A stretch of 64,000 nt of DNA from Vicugna vicugna. Taxonomy: Eukaryota. Positions 33,901 through 46,499 of the stretch are shown here, piece by piece; positions within the stretch are counted from its first letter, which is position 1; the number at the start of each line of letters is the position of its first letter. The stretch spans positions 2,108,001 through 2,172,000 of the forward strand of contig MU060401.1 in assembly GCA_013265495.1 (NCBI GenBank), given 5' to 3'. The position numbers and the translations under genes are program-made. The notes under the pieces were generated by a model. It was not told the origin of the DNA and ran no database searches. It was given only the letters and a program-made list of their open reading frames with translations.

Positions 33901-36900
33901 GGGTTCCCTGGGAGGAGGCGGGGTTTCATGAGAAAAGGCAGCCTCCCCTCCTTAGCTGGGGGGCCACGGCCTTCTTCAGGGAGGAGACTCTGAAGCTGTC
34001 TTTGCTGAGTGTGTAGGAGGACAAGCTGTCTACTCAGGGCAGAAGCCAGTTCTGTTCTGCATCCCCCCTGCTCCCCGTTGCTTCCCCGAGTCAGCTGACC
34101 CGGGGAGGCGGGGGAAGCCAGAGCGCAGCACGGGTCAGCGGCAATGAAGAGGGTACAGGAGGCCTTATCCTCTTCTCCACGATTTACGAGTCTTAGACCC
34201 CCATATATATTTTAGCAAGAGGAGGATTGTAGGCAGGACTCCCAGTTATTTTTATAGCCCTGTTTCCTTTCCTGTAAATTGTTATCACGTACATACAGAA
34301 AAAGTGCACAAATCATTGGTACGGAGCTTGCTGAGTGAGTGAATGCACTCAGGTCCAGCCGTCAATAAGCAAGCCAGCCGTGTCTGCTGAGATGATTTTA
34401 CAGCAGCTCTTTAAGGAAGAACGTGGTGATCTACCACGGGCTTTCTTCCTCCACTCAGAAAATCCTGCCTGCTTCACTCAATGGATCTGATAGATTTGTA
34501 ACTACCTGGTGGGGTAGTTAAGGCACCCGAGTCGGGGACAGCCTGGGGCTGCCTGGAAAGAGGAACATTTGGCAGCATTTTTCTATGGGGCCGCCCTCCC
34601 CTCTTGCTGCCCTCACTCCCGTTTGCCTCTCAAACCCATCATACATGCCATGTGATGCCAGAGAGCTTGCTCTTCACTGTGCATCTGGCAAACTCCAAGT
34701 TTGAAGCCCACCTCCGCCTCGGTCACAGCTGCGCCAGGCCCACCATGAAATGCAGGCACCTGAGTGTGACAGTTGCATCCACCCCGACTTAGTTTCCAAA
34801 GTGCTTCCCTCCAGGCAGAAAGGCCACATGGGAAACCTCGGTACCCACTGTCTTAACGTTCGCTTGCCTCTCAGAGGGGACCTTGTTAGGAAGTGGCCTC
34901 AGGACCCACCAGCGGGGAAGCAAGGAAGTGGGACCAGGAAAACAAGAAAGCAGATGAGCCCCAGGTGCGCTCTGGAGACCGCCTCAGTCATCTCATGGTG
35001 GCCTCTGGGCGGTGAGGGGGCTGGAGGACTTACGCCCCTGCAGGCAGCAGTTAAGGCATTTCCACCTCTCCGCGTGGTACCCGACCGCATCCTGGGATCC
35101 CGCCTCCAACACTGAGATGCGGGCACTGGTGGTTAGAGGTGGACGTGCTCCAGGAGCCAGGGGGCATGGGGGCGGCAAGGAGACCCCCAGGAGAGAGACA
35201 GCACCTGAGCGTCGCCTCACCCCCGCCAGGACACGCAGCGGGGGTGGAAGGCGTTTCTAAGACGCTAGGTAATTCCTGTCCCAGTGCATGAGGAGGCCAC
35301 TTCAGGGTTGGGAGCCCAGGTCCCTGTACCCTCACCAGCCTTTTGAGCCATAGATTCGCTCAGGACTGGGTCAGGCAGGACAGTGTTAAGAGGCTCCAAT
35401 ATGCAGAGGCCAGCCTGGGGCGGAGAACCCCAGTGGCAGAGGACCCTGGCCTGCTTGAGATGCTAGAAACTGTCAATCCTTCTTAGAGTTGAACACAGGC
35501 CAAGGAATAGGACACCCACTCATAGTCTGCCACCAGCCCGATTGTTGGTTTGCCCCCAAAGATCCATGCTTTCTACCATGCAGTACTCAGCTCTGTGCTC
35601 AGAGGGAAGGGCAGCTGCTTATATTCATCTGGAAGACAGAGGGCAAAAAGAGACAGCCTTTGTAAGCCGTGAGAGGTACCAGCGGATGAACAAGAAGAGA
35701 GGTCGGGGTATTTAGTCCCTTTCCTCCAGCCCGTGGCTGCATCTCTGTAAGACTTCGGTTTCTGTGGCTCCAGCTCCCCGCCAGGCCCTGGGGGTGCTGG
35801 CTGCTCCCCCTACACTCAGTTCTGGGCAGAGGAGTGGTGTGATGTAGCCCTGAGACCACAGCAGAGGGACGCCAGCTCACCGGTCCCCTCAACCCTGCCC
35901 ACGCCTGTGAGTAGCCATCCGATGTGGATGCCACCTCCAGCTGGGATGCTGATGGAGAAAGAGGGAGCTGAGTCTTCAGGATTCAAGGTCCACAGCGTGC
36001 AGGCGGGGAAGAGGACAAAGTGAGCTGGCACCTAGGACAACCAGGGCAGCTCACAGGCTAGCCGGCTTCCTGGTGGAGAAGGGGGCGCCGCTGCGCGGAG
36101 ACTGGGACTCAGATGAGTCCGGGTGAAAGCTGTGGTACACAGGAACCTTGTCCAGACATCTGAGATTCCCCAAGGAGAGAAAGATCTCCATCCATTACAG
36201 TGCAGGGGTCCCTTTAAGAAGGGACTTTTCCTCTTTAGGGAGAGGTGGTCTTGGAAGAGCCAACTCTCTGGGGAGGAGTTTCCGGTGCATTCTCCTTGGC
36301 AGAGGCAAGTCGATCCCACTGACCCATCCTGGGAAGGCCTCCGGGCTGAGCGCCGAGTCCTTTACTTAGACCACAGTCTATTTCCAGACCCACTTAGGAC
36401 CATCCTGGATCCCGCTGGACAGGAGATTCGCTAGATTTCAGAGAAGCCTGACCTCACTTCTGAGGTCCAGGGCACCCCAGCAAGGCCCTCCGGCCAGCAA
36501 CTTGGTCCTACGGCCTGGGGAATATTCTGTTAGAGTGTGCTCCACTGCGCATGGGATGGGCCAGAGTCTGAAGTCCTTGCACCTCCTGAGTTTGTCTTCT
36601 AAGTTTCCTGTCTCCTCCCATCAAAACAAGAAGTCAAAGCTTATTCTCCAACAAGCTGCTCTGGACAGTCCCGCCATCCCACACAGAACCCCGGGGGCTG
36701 CAGAATTCCCCGTGGCGCCAACTGTTCAGTGCTTTACCTGAATCCAGTCGCCTTGGCAACGGCCGAGAAGTTGTCGATGAGAAACTCACTCAACTTGACC
36801 TTCATCATGAAAAGAGGCCAGACACGCAATGCCAGCTCTTCAATGGATCCTTAAACTGCCAAGGGCTTGCGGGTTGAATGTTTCTGCTCTTGTCCTTGTC

Positions 36901-37649
36901 ACCGACTTGCAGGGACACGTGGCGTCTCAACCCTACAACTGCAAGCGAAGGGAGGACGACACGGATGTCCCCTGAGTTTCATCCTATTACTTTGTCTGTG
37001 GCCTCCGGTGGTGGGTCACATTCATCCACTTCTGGGCCACACGCCAAGGAACTGAGGGACAGTCTTCGGGGGTGGCTGGCTCTTGGTCACGGACTGTTCG
37101 TTTGTTCTCTCAGGAGTTAACTCATTCTTCTTCCCCTGCCAGCGTGGTGGGACGGACTGCAGACTCCCTTCCATGTCCTAGGGGGCCCATGGTTTTACTC
37201 TGAAATACATTAGCACTATTTGCATTTATTGTGCCATCATCTGCAGTATTTCTACTGCGGTATAGAAGGAAGTCCCAACTCATTACTGACTCAGTCCATC
37301 GCACCGCCGTGTCTTGCGAACACACACCCGCTAAACAGCTCGTCGAACGTTAAGTAACTGGGGAAATGGTGTTTGACGTGTTTATCTTGTTCCAAAGTCC
37401 TTGATAGATTGTTATGAGCTTTAAAAGAAGGTTTCAGTTACATGGGGAAGTTGGTTGGGAAAGCTCTGTTCTCCCCTACTTAAAATATTGGATGACATTT
37501 TTGGGTAGCACCTGGTGGACCTCACTTCATGTGTGTTGTCGCAATGCATTGCTGGGCAGAATGAAGCTCGTCCTATGTGACCGCTGGAAGAGGACTCCCG
37601 GGAAGCTGGCACCTAGTGTCCTCCAGACTTTGCCCCGTGTGCCTCCTCT

Positions 37650-38070
37650 TTGCTGACTATGGTTTGAATACTTCCGCTGTAATAGCTGACCACGAGGATG
37701 ACTCTCTCCAGAGTCATGTGAGTATCAGGAATGTTTCAGTCTCCCAAGGACCACGAGAGCCTGGATAAGTGTATACAACCTGTGACCACACAGAACTGGA
37801 GACACCAGTGCCCATTTCCAAAATGAAGTGAGATGTGCTACCTCTAATTAAAGGGCAAGCCCACTTCCTCAAGCTCCCACATTCGAGATGTTTTCCCCGC
37901 AGCCACCCCTTCCACATCCTTGCCTGCGCTGGGTTTTACCACTGTGACAAGTAATGCCCCTGAAGTCTCCCTTTTGTGAAAACATGCATTTCACTATTTC
38001 CTACTATTTGCTGTCCATTTGCATTTTTAAAAAAAATGCCTCGTTCGCATTCATACATTTCTTTCTTCTT
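37650..38070 (-). mobile_element. Old L1M fragment
   Basis: ccacatccttgcctgcgctgggttttacc...tttgctgtccatttgcattt...gcctcgttcgcattc. Confidence 0.5.
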
Positions 38071-40442
38071 TCATGCCTTTAACAGCAAGTTCAGTTTGCA
38101 CCTCCTTTATTTTCACTGTGCAAAAGGTGAGGTGCTTGACCAAAGGCTACCAGGTTATTCAATGTAATACAGCATGCTTGTTAGACAAAGATCAGGTCTC
38201 TGTGAGTCATTAGCTGCTCTGACCTCAGAGCTCCAGCTCACTGCAAATTTCTGTGCCGTGATGGACTGGTTTGGAAACATGTGCTGGGAGGGAAGAGGCG
38301 CAAACTGTCCCCAAATTTGAGAATAAGAACTCTGCCACTGTCACTCAGAACTCCTCCTTGCATACAATTACCATCAGTCATGCACAATTATATTCTCAGT
38401 GTTTCCATCTAAGAGAAGGAAGCTTAAAGCTTTTCCTTATTGAGGGGGACAAAAAGGGGAAAAAAAAAAACAAGGCATGAACATCTTATGAACTGGTTAA
38501 GGGCAAATCTTTAGAGAAAAAAAGTGCTCAAGCAGAAGGAAACATGTTCCTGGCTTTTCTGTCTGGGGCACCACACTGAGTGGTGGTCTTGGCTCTGGCA
38601 ACGGTGGGACCCAAGGATTTAGTGTAGCACCAAGCCCATCCGAGTCTATGAGCGAATTGCATTGGGTCTGAGGCCAGACACTTTGAAGCCTGAACCTCCC
38701 CTTACTGCCCCCACACCTCAAGTCACACTGGGCATCCCACTGATCCATGAGATTCTTGGGAAACTTGGACCCGGGATGAAGCCATTTACCTGCTTGCTTC
38801 ACTCTAATTCAACCCTGAGCTCTGAGACACCCTTTGCCCTGATCCCAGACTGAAGTGACTCAGCAAGATCTGGCCGCATTCCCAGAGTCATCAGAGTCAT
38901 TCCCAGCGTGGTCAGAGTGTCCGTTCCCGCAGACGTACAAGCAGGGTCACGCGGAGGGAGCTCACCATTCTCTGATGGGGCCTGGGAGCACGAATCCCCA
39001 CCTGGCGAGCTAGTCCGAGACCCGTGCGAGACGGAGCATGGCCATGAGACCTTCAGTGGCTGAGCAGGAACCGAGATGTTCCCACACCTTTATCATCCAT
39101 CACGATTCCCCTTTAAGAAGCAGGAGTCCAATCACCCCAAATGGTCCCCAAGCCTATGGCTCAAGGCTAATGATGCCAATGCCCGTGAGGCAGCAGGGCG
39201 TTGAGGAAACTTGAGCACACTGCTAGCTAGGGGCTGGAATCTTTTTAAATGGTGTTATTATTTTGCTTTCAGAGTTCTTCTGTTCCCTGGTGACCCCTAG
39301 CCCCAAACCTCAGACTCCTACTCCCTTAGTGTCAACCGTGGCTCAGAACTCCACTGAGAAAGGAAAAAAAAAAAAGATGATTGAACAAGGTGGTTAATAA
39401 AAGGAGGGCTAACCTTTCACTTTCTCTTCTTAAAAATGGTCATGAAATGTTTTCCTTCCTTTAAACTGTGGATCTGAAGTCTGGTCAGTGGCGTTGAACA
39501 CTCGGTCAAGAGAGTCGCTGTCATTTTATCTTAGATCTTAACACTGGTCAGGAGTCACTGGTGGCTCTGTCTCAGGGTTCCTCCAGTCTTTCACACCCTG
39601 CAGGTATTGAAATAGCTTCTTTGGGCTTCTAACGGGATCTCTGCTGGCCCCTCCGGATAATAAACCCCTTTTCCTCAGGGGAAATAGCCCTGTGGAAACA
39701 GCCTCGTGCAGGGACGTCAGGGATGGGATCTCCCTCACCAGCCATGTTGGCCAGAAGTTTCTACTGCTTTCAGGTTCTTTAAGCCAATCCGGGATGTCAG
39801 TAAAATTGACAGAGACCACAGAGACAAAAAGTGGAACCAAAGCTAACGGCAAACTGGAGTCTGTAAAGTACAGCACCCGGGTCAGAAGTCTGAAGTAACC
39901 TGGATCCCTCCGAGGAGACACAGGTGGACTCCAAGAGAGGGCCAGGGGTTCATCTACAGAAAACAGATCTGCCTTCGAATCTGGGAGCTTGTCATTACCA
40001 AAAGCTGCCATTTTTGTTTATGCTTAAGAACTTAGTATTGTCTTGTTAACAGTGCCCCCACCTGGTGACAACCTGGATTTCTAGTCGAGGCAGTCACCCT
40101 GTACTTAACTCCTGGAGAGGAAAAAGGCCTTTTCAGTTCCAGGCTTGGGCTACAGCGACTAACCAGAAGATTTTCCAGCCCTAAACTCTCACTCCATAAA
40201 CTCTCAGGGTCCATCATGAATTAAATACACCACCGATCTCTTTAGGTTAAGGCCATGGAGGAAGCCAAGCTTTTTAGCCAACACTGAACCTGAGGCTAAA
40301 AGCTGAACAGGGCCTATAAGGGCTGAGGCAACCTTGAGAAATCTTCAGGCTGGTCACGCAAAACACCATATTGGACCACATTCCATTCAACTAGTTCCGG
40401 AAGAGCCAGAGATACCCATGGGAAAAAATCAAACAGACGGAA

Positions 40443-40479
40443 ATGGCTTCTCAGCCTTTTGGCTGAGATTGTAAGTGTA
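40443..40479 (+). pseudogene. RNU2: 3'-truncated U2 snRNA pseudogene (nt 1-35)
   Basis: atggcttctcagccttttggctgagattgtaagtgta versus U2 ATCGCTTCTCGGCCTTTTGGCTAAGATCAAGTGTA: 4 substitutions and a 2-nt insertion. Confidence 0.8.
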
Positions 40480-43400
40480 TTTGAAGAAATCGTGGCTTAA
40501 AACTTCCCACATCCCAAGAGACGGAAGACATAACCTCTGTAAAAGGGAGAAGCTACATATTTTTTTTTATAGCAACTTTACAAAAATGAGTCTTATGTTC
40601 AGTTTCTGGACAGAAGATAGTATCAATATTGCGAAAAAAAAAAACAAGGTGACAAAAGATGCCTGTGTCCTTCCCCCGCACACTTGGATGAGGTCCACGA
40701 CTTCCTACGTGCTTCTGCCCCTTGGGTTGCCTCATCTGCCCACCTCTACTCTGCTCCTCTACCTTAATCAGGGTGGTCAGTAGATCAAAGGCTGATGGCA
40801 AACCACAATGTCAACAAAGTGGAGAATTAAAGCCCTTTGGTAATTTGGAGAAGAGTCTCAGAACCATGGGTGCTGAGGGATGGGGAAACCCAATGGCCAC
40901 CGAGAGCGCCCACAGTGAACCAACGCGACTCTTTACTAAGCACTCACTCTGGGATTAAAGTTGACTTTGTGGTTATTCACAGGAAGACCTGTTTCCTGGC
41001 CCTGAGTTACCACCCCCGCATCTGGCTGAGTAAATATGTAAGAGTTAGGCTGGGTATGGCTGCAAAGGAAGATTCAGCCCGAACAAGTCAAGAGACCTGT
41101 AGCTACACTTGGGCACTAACCCAGGAAAATGGTACAGCCTGTGGGACCATAGGTGCAGGGAGAGTTAAGCTATTTGAGGGGAATGGGATACACAGAGTTT
41201 TCATGGAGAAGTGAATTTACCATGTTAAGATTAGAACCTGTGTTTTTCAAGGGACACATCCTTAACCTCATGGAGCTTTTCAAAAGATGAACAACACAGG
41301 AAAGATGCTCAACAGATTGTCACCCTGGTGCTGGAGGCTGGAGGGCAGTTAGGCAGCGTCTGTTCAGTGGGCACCTGTGTGAGTGGAGTCGGGGCTTTGG
41401 AGGGCAGGGGACTCAGATGGGCAATTCCACAGGCGGCATCTCACTCAGCCCCAGGGGCCTGATGGCCAGAGATGGCCAGGCCAGTGTGCAGCATCCTGAT
41501 GGAGGCTGCAGGGCACCTGGGTACCACTTGACCCCATGGGTCCACCATGCACAGTGAGCTGCAGGCACTTAGATGCACATACTCACATGCTCATAGGGCC
41601 CTTGGGGACAAGAACTGCATCCCTGGTGCCTGCTGCATCCCAGACCCCGGGCTTCATTCTGGGAATGCCACTCAGATCCCAGCCCTCCAGAAGAGGGCAG
41701 ACCCAAGAAGGCAAAGACCTGGTCCCTTCCTTCTGCTGGTGAAGGCCAGCTTCCAGCATCAGCCCTGCTTCACCATCTGCTCTGGGCACAGGAATAGGCC
41801 CAGCTGGGCCATAAGCTTTTGCGATGAGCACTCCCTTGCAGCGATGGAGCCGAGGCACGGAAACAGAACGACTCCAAACCAGCAGTCTCACCAATGATTC
41901 CCCCTGCGCAGCTGACTTGTTAATAATCAATGCGTGTTTTCTGACTTTGTAGAAAAGAACAGCCCCGGGAGTTCAGAAAACAAGCTGCAAGTCTGAAGTC
42001 TAAATATTCTGGCATGTTTCTTTCTGCTTGGGCACTTTCGAACGCATGATCATTGTCTCATGAACTTGAACAGGTTCTAGATTTGGGAAAAGTTGGGTGG
42101 CCTTGGATTCGCTAGGTCACAACGTGGCCTTCAGAAAAGCTGTCAGTTAACAAGGGGCTTCTGGGGGGCTTACTGCCCCCCTGGGAAAGACACCATGACC
42201 ATATACTCTTTCCCTGACACCGAAATCAGACTCTCTTCCTTGCACTGGGATTAGATTTTCAGGAAGCACAGTAGGGACCATGGGATAGAGAAATAACACA
42301 GGTGATTGATCCTCAGTTAGTTGTATGGTTTGCGCAGAGCTGGAGGCCCTGGACCCACTGAGTGGCAGGCTGTCAGATCTGCAATGAAAAGAACAGTTAC
42401 CCCAAAGCCCCATAGTCAAAGCAAACAGCGAGCCACTGTGGATTCGCAGTAAATAGGGATTTAATCCTAGATCCTTTAGGCTTCTCACTCTGGGAGAGCA
42501 TTTAAAGGACAAAGACTTGACACCACCTTGCTTCCCCCAAAACAGTCACTAACATCACTTGGGAGGGACGCCAGTTTGATGTAATTGGAAAGGAGGGGTC
42601 ACTTCAAGGTGTTTGCATCCGTGTCCAAGCCTAGAATCACCCCGCACACTGGAATTAAGTAGGTCTTGGTTGAGTTATGGACCAGGTTTGGACGCAGTTA
42701 GATGACTGAAGGCAGAGACCGGAAGCAGGAGGTGAGGACCCACAGAGAGCAAGTAAACCCTCATTTCAGCGGCCGCAGTGGAGAAGTAGCTGGTGGTTCC
42801 CCAGCATTCCGTCTTACCCCCTTTTCAGTGATTAAGCCCCGACTGTCTCTGTATCTCCAAGTGGAGCCTGGCCACCTCAGGGGACATGAGGATGGGGACC
42901 ATAGATCTTCAGGGGGACCTTGTGTCCCCCACCTTGGCTCACACTCCATCAGTGGATATGGGAACTTTCCAACACATCTTACCTGAAATCAAAGCGCTAA
43001 CTCAGGGATCTGCCAGTTCTCCCTCAAAGCTGAGAAACTGCTCAGGCAACAACCAAGGAAGCCTAGAAACTCTTGGGGTTAACGTCCCTGGAAAGCCATC
43101 AGCCAACGGAAGCTGAGGAGTTCGCCAAGGCCCCCAGCCTGCTGTCCTCAGAGGGTCCATCTGAGCTGTGCTCTCTATGGTAACAGAGCATCCCCTCAGG
43201 ATGGGCCTCTGTCCCCCACAGTTGTGACCATCTCGTCATCACACTTCTGCTGGGTTTAACCCCCTTCCCTCTCCTCACCCTTGCTTCTGGCTGCTTGGAA
43301 TCAGATCCCAAATAGAAGTCCTAACTTTCGGAGGGATACAGATTAAGGCATGGAAGGCGGAGGAAAGGTGCCCAAGATTTCCCAGACGTTTCCCCACAAG

Positions 43401-43546
43401 GTAGGGAATTTAAAAGTGTGAGAATGGTTATCACATTTCTGGTGAGTGAACGGATAGAGGAAACCACGTCACTCGAGTTACCCTGACCCCACACGGGAAA
43501 ATACAGGGGCTGCGGGTCACTGAAGCAGGGCTGAAACGGTCAGTGT

Positions 43547-43577
43547 TGGCCCCAGAGTTGGCCCCAGAGCTGGCCCC
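43547..43577. repeat. 12-bp tandem repeat x2.6
   Basis: tggccccagagt tggccccagagc tggcccc. Confidence 0.9.
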
Positions 43578-43879
43578 AATATTTGAGCTCTTATCCTTGG
43601 ACCCGAGGACTGCAGACATGGGAGAACCACCAACAGCTCAAGAGATGCCCATCCTGCTGCACATAGTGACTCTTGCTCCATGACCCCAGGATAGGGAAGA
43701 GATACTCAGGAGCAAGGAGTCCCTGCTCATTCTGGAAGTATGGACCAGAGAACATTCTAAACAGAGGAACGTGCTGTGACAATGTGAGCATGCAATCAAA
43801 GACACAGGATGTGGGACAGCTGGCAGGACCATCAACTCTCTGTGTTCAAAAGCATCTGACAATTAGTGCTAAAAACAAA

Positions 43880-44360
43880 TCAAGCCAGGAAAAGACATGG
43901 AGGAAACAGTAACATGCATGTAAGTGAGAGAAGCCAACCTGAAATGGCTGTGGACTGATTTCAACCATACAACATTCTGAAAAAGGCAAAGTTATGGAGA
44001 CGGTACATTAGATCAGTGGTTGCCAGGAGCTGGGGACAGAGAAGTGAACGGGGGAACACAGGATTTTTAGGGACATTCTTAAGACATTCTGTAAGAACTA
44101 GAATGATGGATACGTGTCATTATGTGTTGCCCAAGCCCATAAAATGAACCACCAAGAGTGAACCCCAATGGAAAATTATGGACTTTGGGTGACTATGTGT
44201 CAGCGTAGGGTGAGTTGGAAAATGTACCTCTCTGGCGGGGGATGTCACTAGGGGAGGCGAGGCATGTGTGGGCTGGGGGGATACAGAAAATCTTTGTAGC
44301 TTCCTTTCAAAATTTTTGCTATGAACCTAAAACCTGTTCTAAAAGAATGTAAAGTTTTAA
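43880..44360 (+). mobile_element. L1MC1-type 3' end
   Basis: aagtgagagaagccaa...attctgaaaaaggcaaa...tcagtggttgccagg...tatggactttgggtgac...ctatgaacctaaaac. Confidence 0.85.
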
Positions 44361-44379
44361 AGTATTCGGTGGGGAGAAA

Positions 44380-44830
44380 AAGAAGCCTACAGATTTTAAA
44401 AGATACTTGAGATACAGCTACCAACCACCATGTGTTGACCTTTAGCTGGATCCTGATTAAAATAATCTGTTAAAACATGTATTAATACTTGGGTTACTTA
44501 ACAACATAATGGAATTGTTTCAAACTCTGAAAATTCTCCCATTAGTTCTCAGTTTGGCTGTGATAAAGGTATTATGATGGCTTAGAAGACCCTCATCTTT
44601 TTTGAGATTCATGTATGTACTGCAATATTTATGGACTAAGTTAACTGAGTTCTGACATTTACACCAAAATGACTCATGGATGGGGAAACTGTTGGGGATG
44701 TTCGTGAAACAAGACTCTTCATGATGGTAACTATTGGATGTGGGCACCTTGGGGTTAGAGCTACCATCTTGCGTAGTTTTTGGTACATCTGTAGTTTTAA
44801 CCAAAAAAAGTAAGATTTTGGTTTTTGTTA
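44380..44830 (+). mobile_element. L1MC3/4-type 3' fragment
   Basis: ggatcctgatt...gtgataaaggtattatg...ttttgagattcat...tgaaacaagact. Confidence 0.6.
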
Positions 44831-46499
44831 ACAAAAGCTACCCAAAAGGCCAGAGTGGTTGTACCCACACAGGTTCAGGGACCCTAGGAAAGGTGAAAAT
44901 ATTTCTGGGGGCTGCGTATTCCATTGTTCAGCGCAAAGAAGAATTTCTCGGGAGTCACAGAATTTGAAAATTGCATTCTATCTGAAATTTCACCTTGGAA
45001 AGAACTGAATGCTCCTTTTTTTTCCTACTAAGGCTCTTGCACAAACCAGTGAGCCTGCATGTCTATCAGGGGGGTTTAGGCAAACCAAGGACACTTACTT
45101 CGTGGGCCTTCGCCATCAGGCCCATTTGACCCAAGTGACCTGGCTGTGACAAGCGTCCCTTAAACCAGCATGAGATGGAAAATCTTCCGCTCAGCATGAA
45201 GCTGGTAGCAGCAAGGGGCTTGTCTGACACAGCCAGGAGGCTCTCACGCCGAGTCTAAACGATCTAGGTAGATTCCAAGGTCAAGGTGAGAAAGAATTCA
45301 TCAAGGAACGATGGTGCCCACAGTGATGGCAAAGGAGATGCAGACCAAAGCCCTGCATTCCTTCCGAGACAGATTTCCATACTCATGTCCCCGATGCCAG
45401 AGTCACTTCTCACCTGAGAACCAGTCGGGATTTTTCAGAGAGAAGAAAATGGCTCAGGACTTCGGGGGGTTAGGCTGCACCATCTTTTCCTCCTCCTCCA
45501 CCTTGGGGTTGGAGGCTCACTTCCCCCACGTTGGCTCCTCCAGAGGGTGCCAGCTCTGTCCTTTCAAGCAGTGAATAATAGCCTCCTTGTGATCTGGTGC
45601 CAAGAACTTTTGTCCCTGCATTCAAGGTATGGCTTTCTTTGAAAGATGGTCGAGAGTTAAAGTGAGGGGAGAGAGGATAAGGAAGATTAAGGTAGTGACA
45701 TCGTGATGTAAATGTTTTAGCAGTCTTCACATGATTTAGCTTCAGCTTGAGTCTCCCCAGTCATGAGTCCCACTAACACAGGAGAAGGCTTTCCTTGGCC
45801 TGAAAATAGTAATCCTTGGCTCTTCTCATGAGGTCTCTCCAGGCTTCCCCATGGAGCCAGGTGAGCTGGAGGAAGACGCCATTGGAGGATAAAATAGCAG
45901 CAGCAGAAACAAGTAGCCCTTCCGAGACCAAGTCCAGAGCATAAAATAGAGCATCGCAGCCTGATGTGTGGGTCTCTCTCGATAAGGATCATGACTGGAT
46001 CCTCTGTGCCCAGAGATTGACCTCCAAGAGCAGATAACCCACACGTGCCACAGTCTTTAGTGCCTTTCACCTGGAGCTGCAACTCCAAGCACAGAAGTGA
46101 CAAGGCTCCCTGTTAACTTAGGTCTGGCTCTCCCGACCCAGCAGAGGCAGTTGGGATGCTGTTGAGTCAGGAAATGTCATAGGTGGGGAGTGGGGAATGT
46201 ATCTTGGCTTTCCCTTCCACCAAGGCGAACGCCAACCTTCTACCTAGAATTCCCATCATTCCGTGGACTTCCTGTTCAACTTTGCTGTTGACAATGAGAT
46301 TTGGGTTATTTGGGATGCTCAAAATAAGGTGACTTCTCTAAGGCTGAGCATGGAAGACAAAAGGAGGGTGTAGTACCAACCCCAATGAGGGCAGGTCCAC
46401 ACCAGTCAAGCAAGGGTCCGAGTTCTGGAGCCATGCTCAACTCTCTTCCAAGTTCCGCTAAAGTACAGGTGCCCTGTTTTGAGGAAGAGAGGGTCTAAG

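Noticed and set aside
36105-36128. Hammerhead-like agatgagtcc...gaaa
   Set aside because: Core reads CAGA rather than CUGA, and stems I-III cannot be formed.
41687-41700. Second CTCF-like motif CCAGAAGAGGGCAG
   Set aside because: Mismatch in the core; matches of this quality are expected by chance.
41797-41810. 14-bp palindrome GGCCCAGCTGGGCC
   Set aside because: About four such palindromes are expected in 64 kb (64000/4^7).
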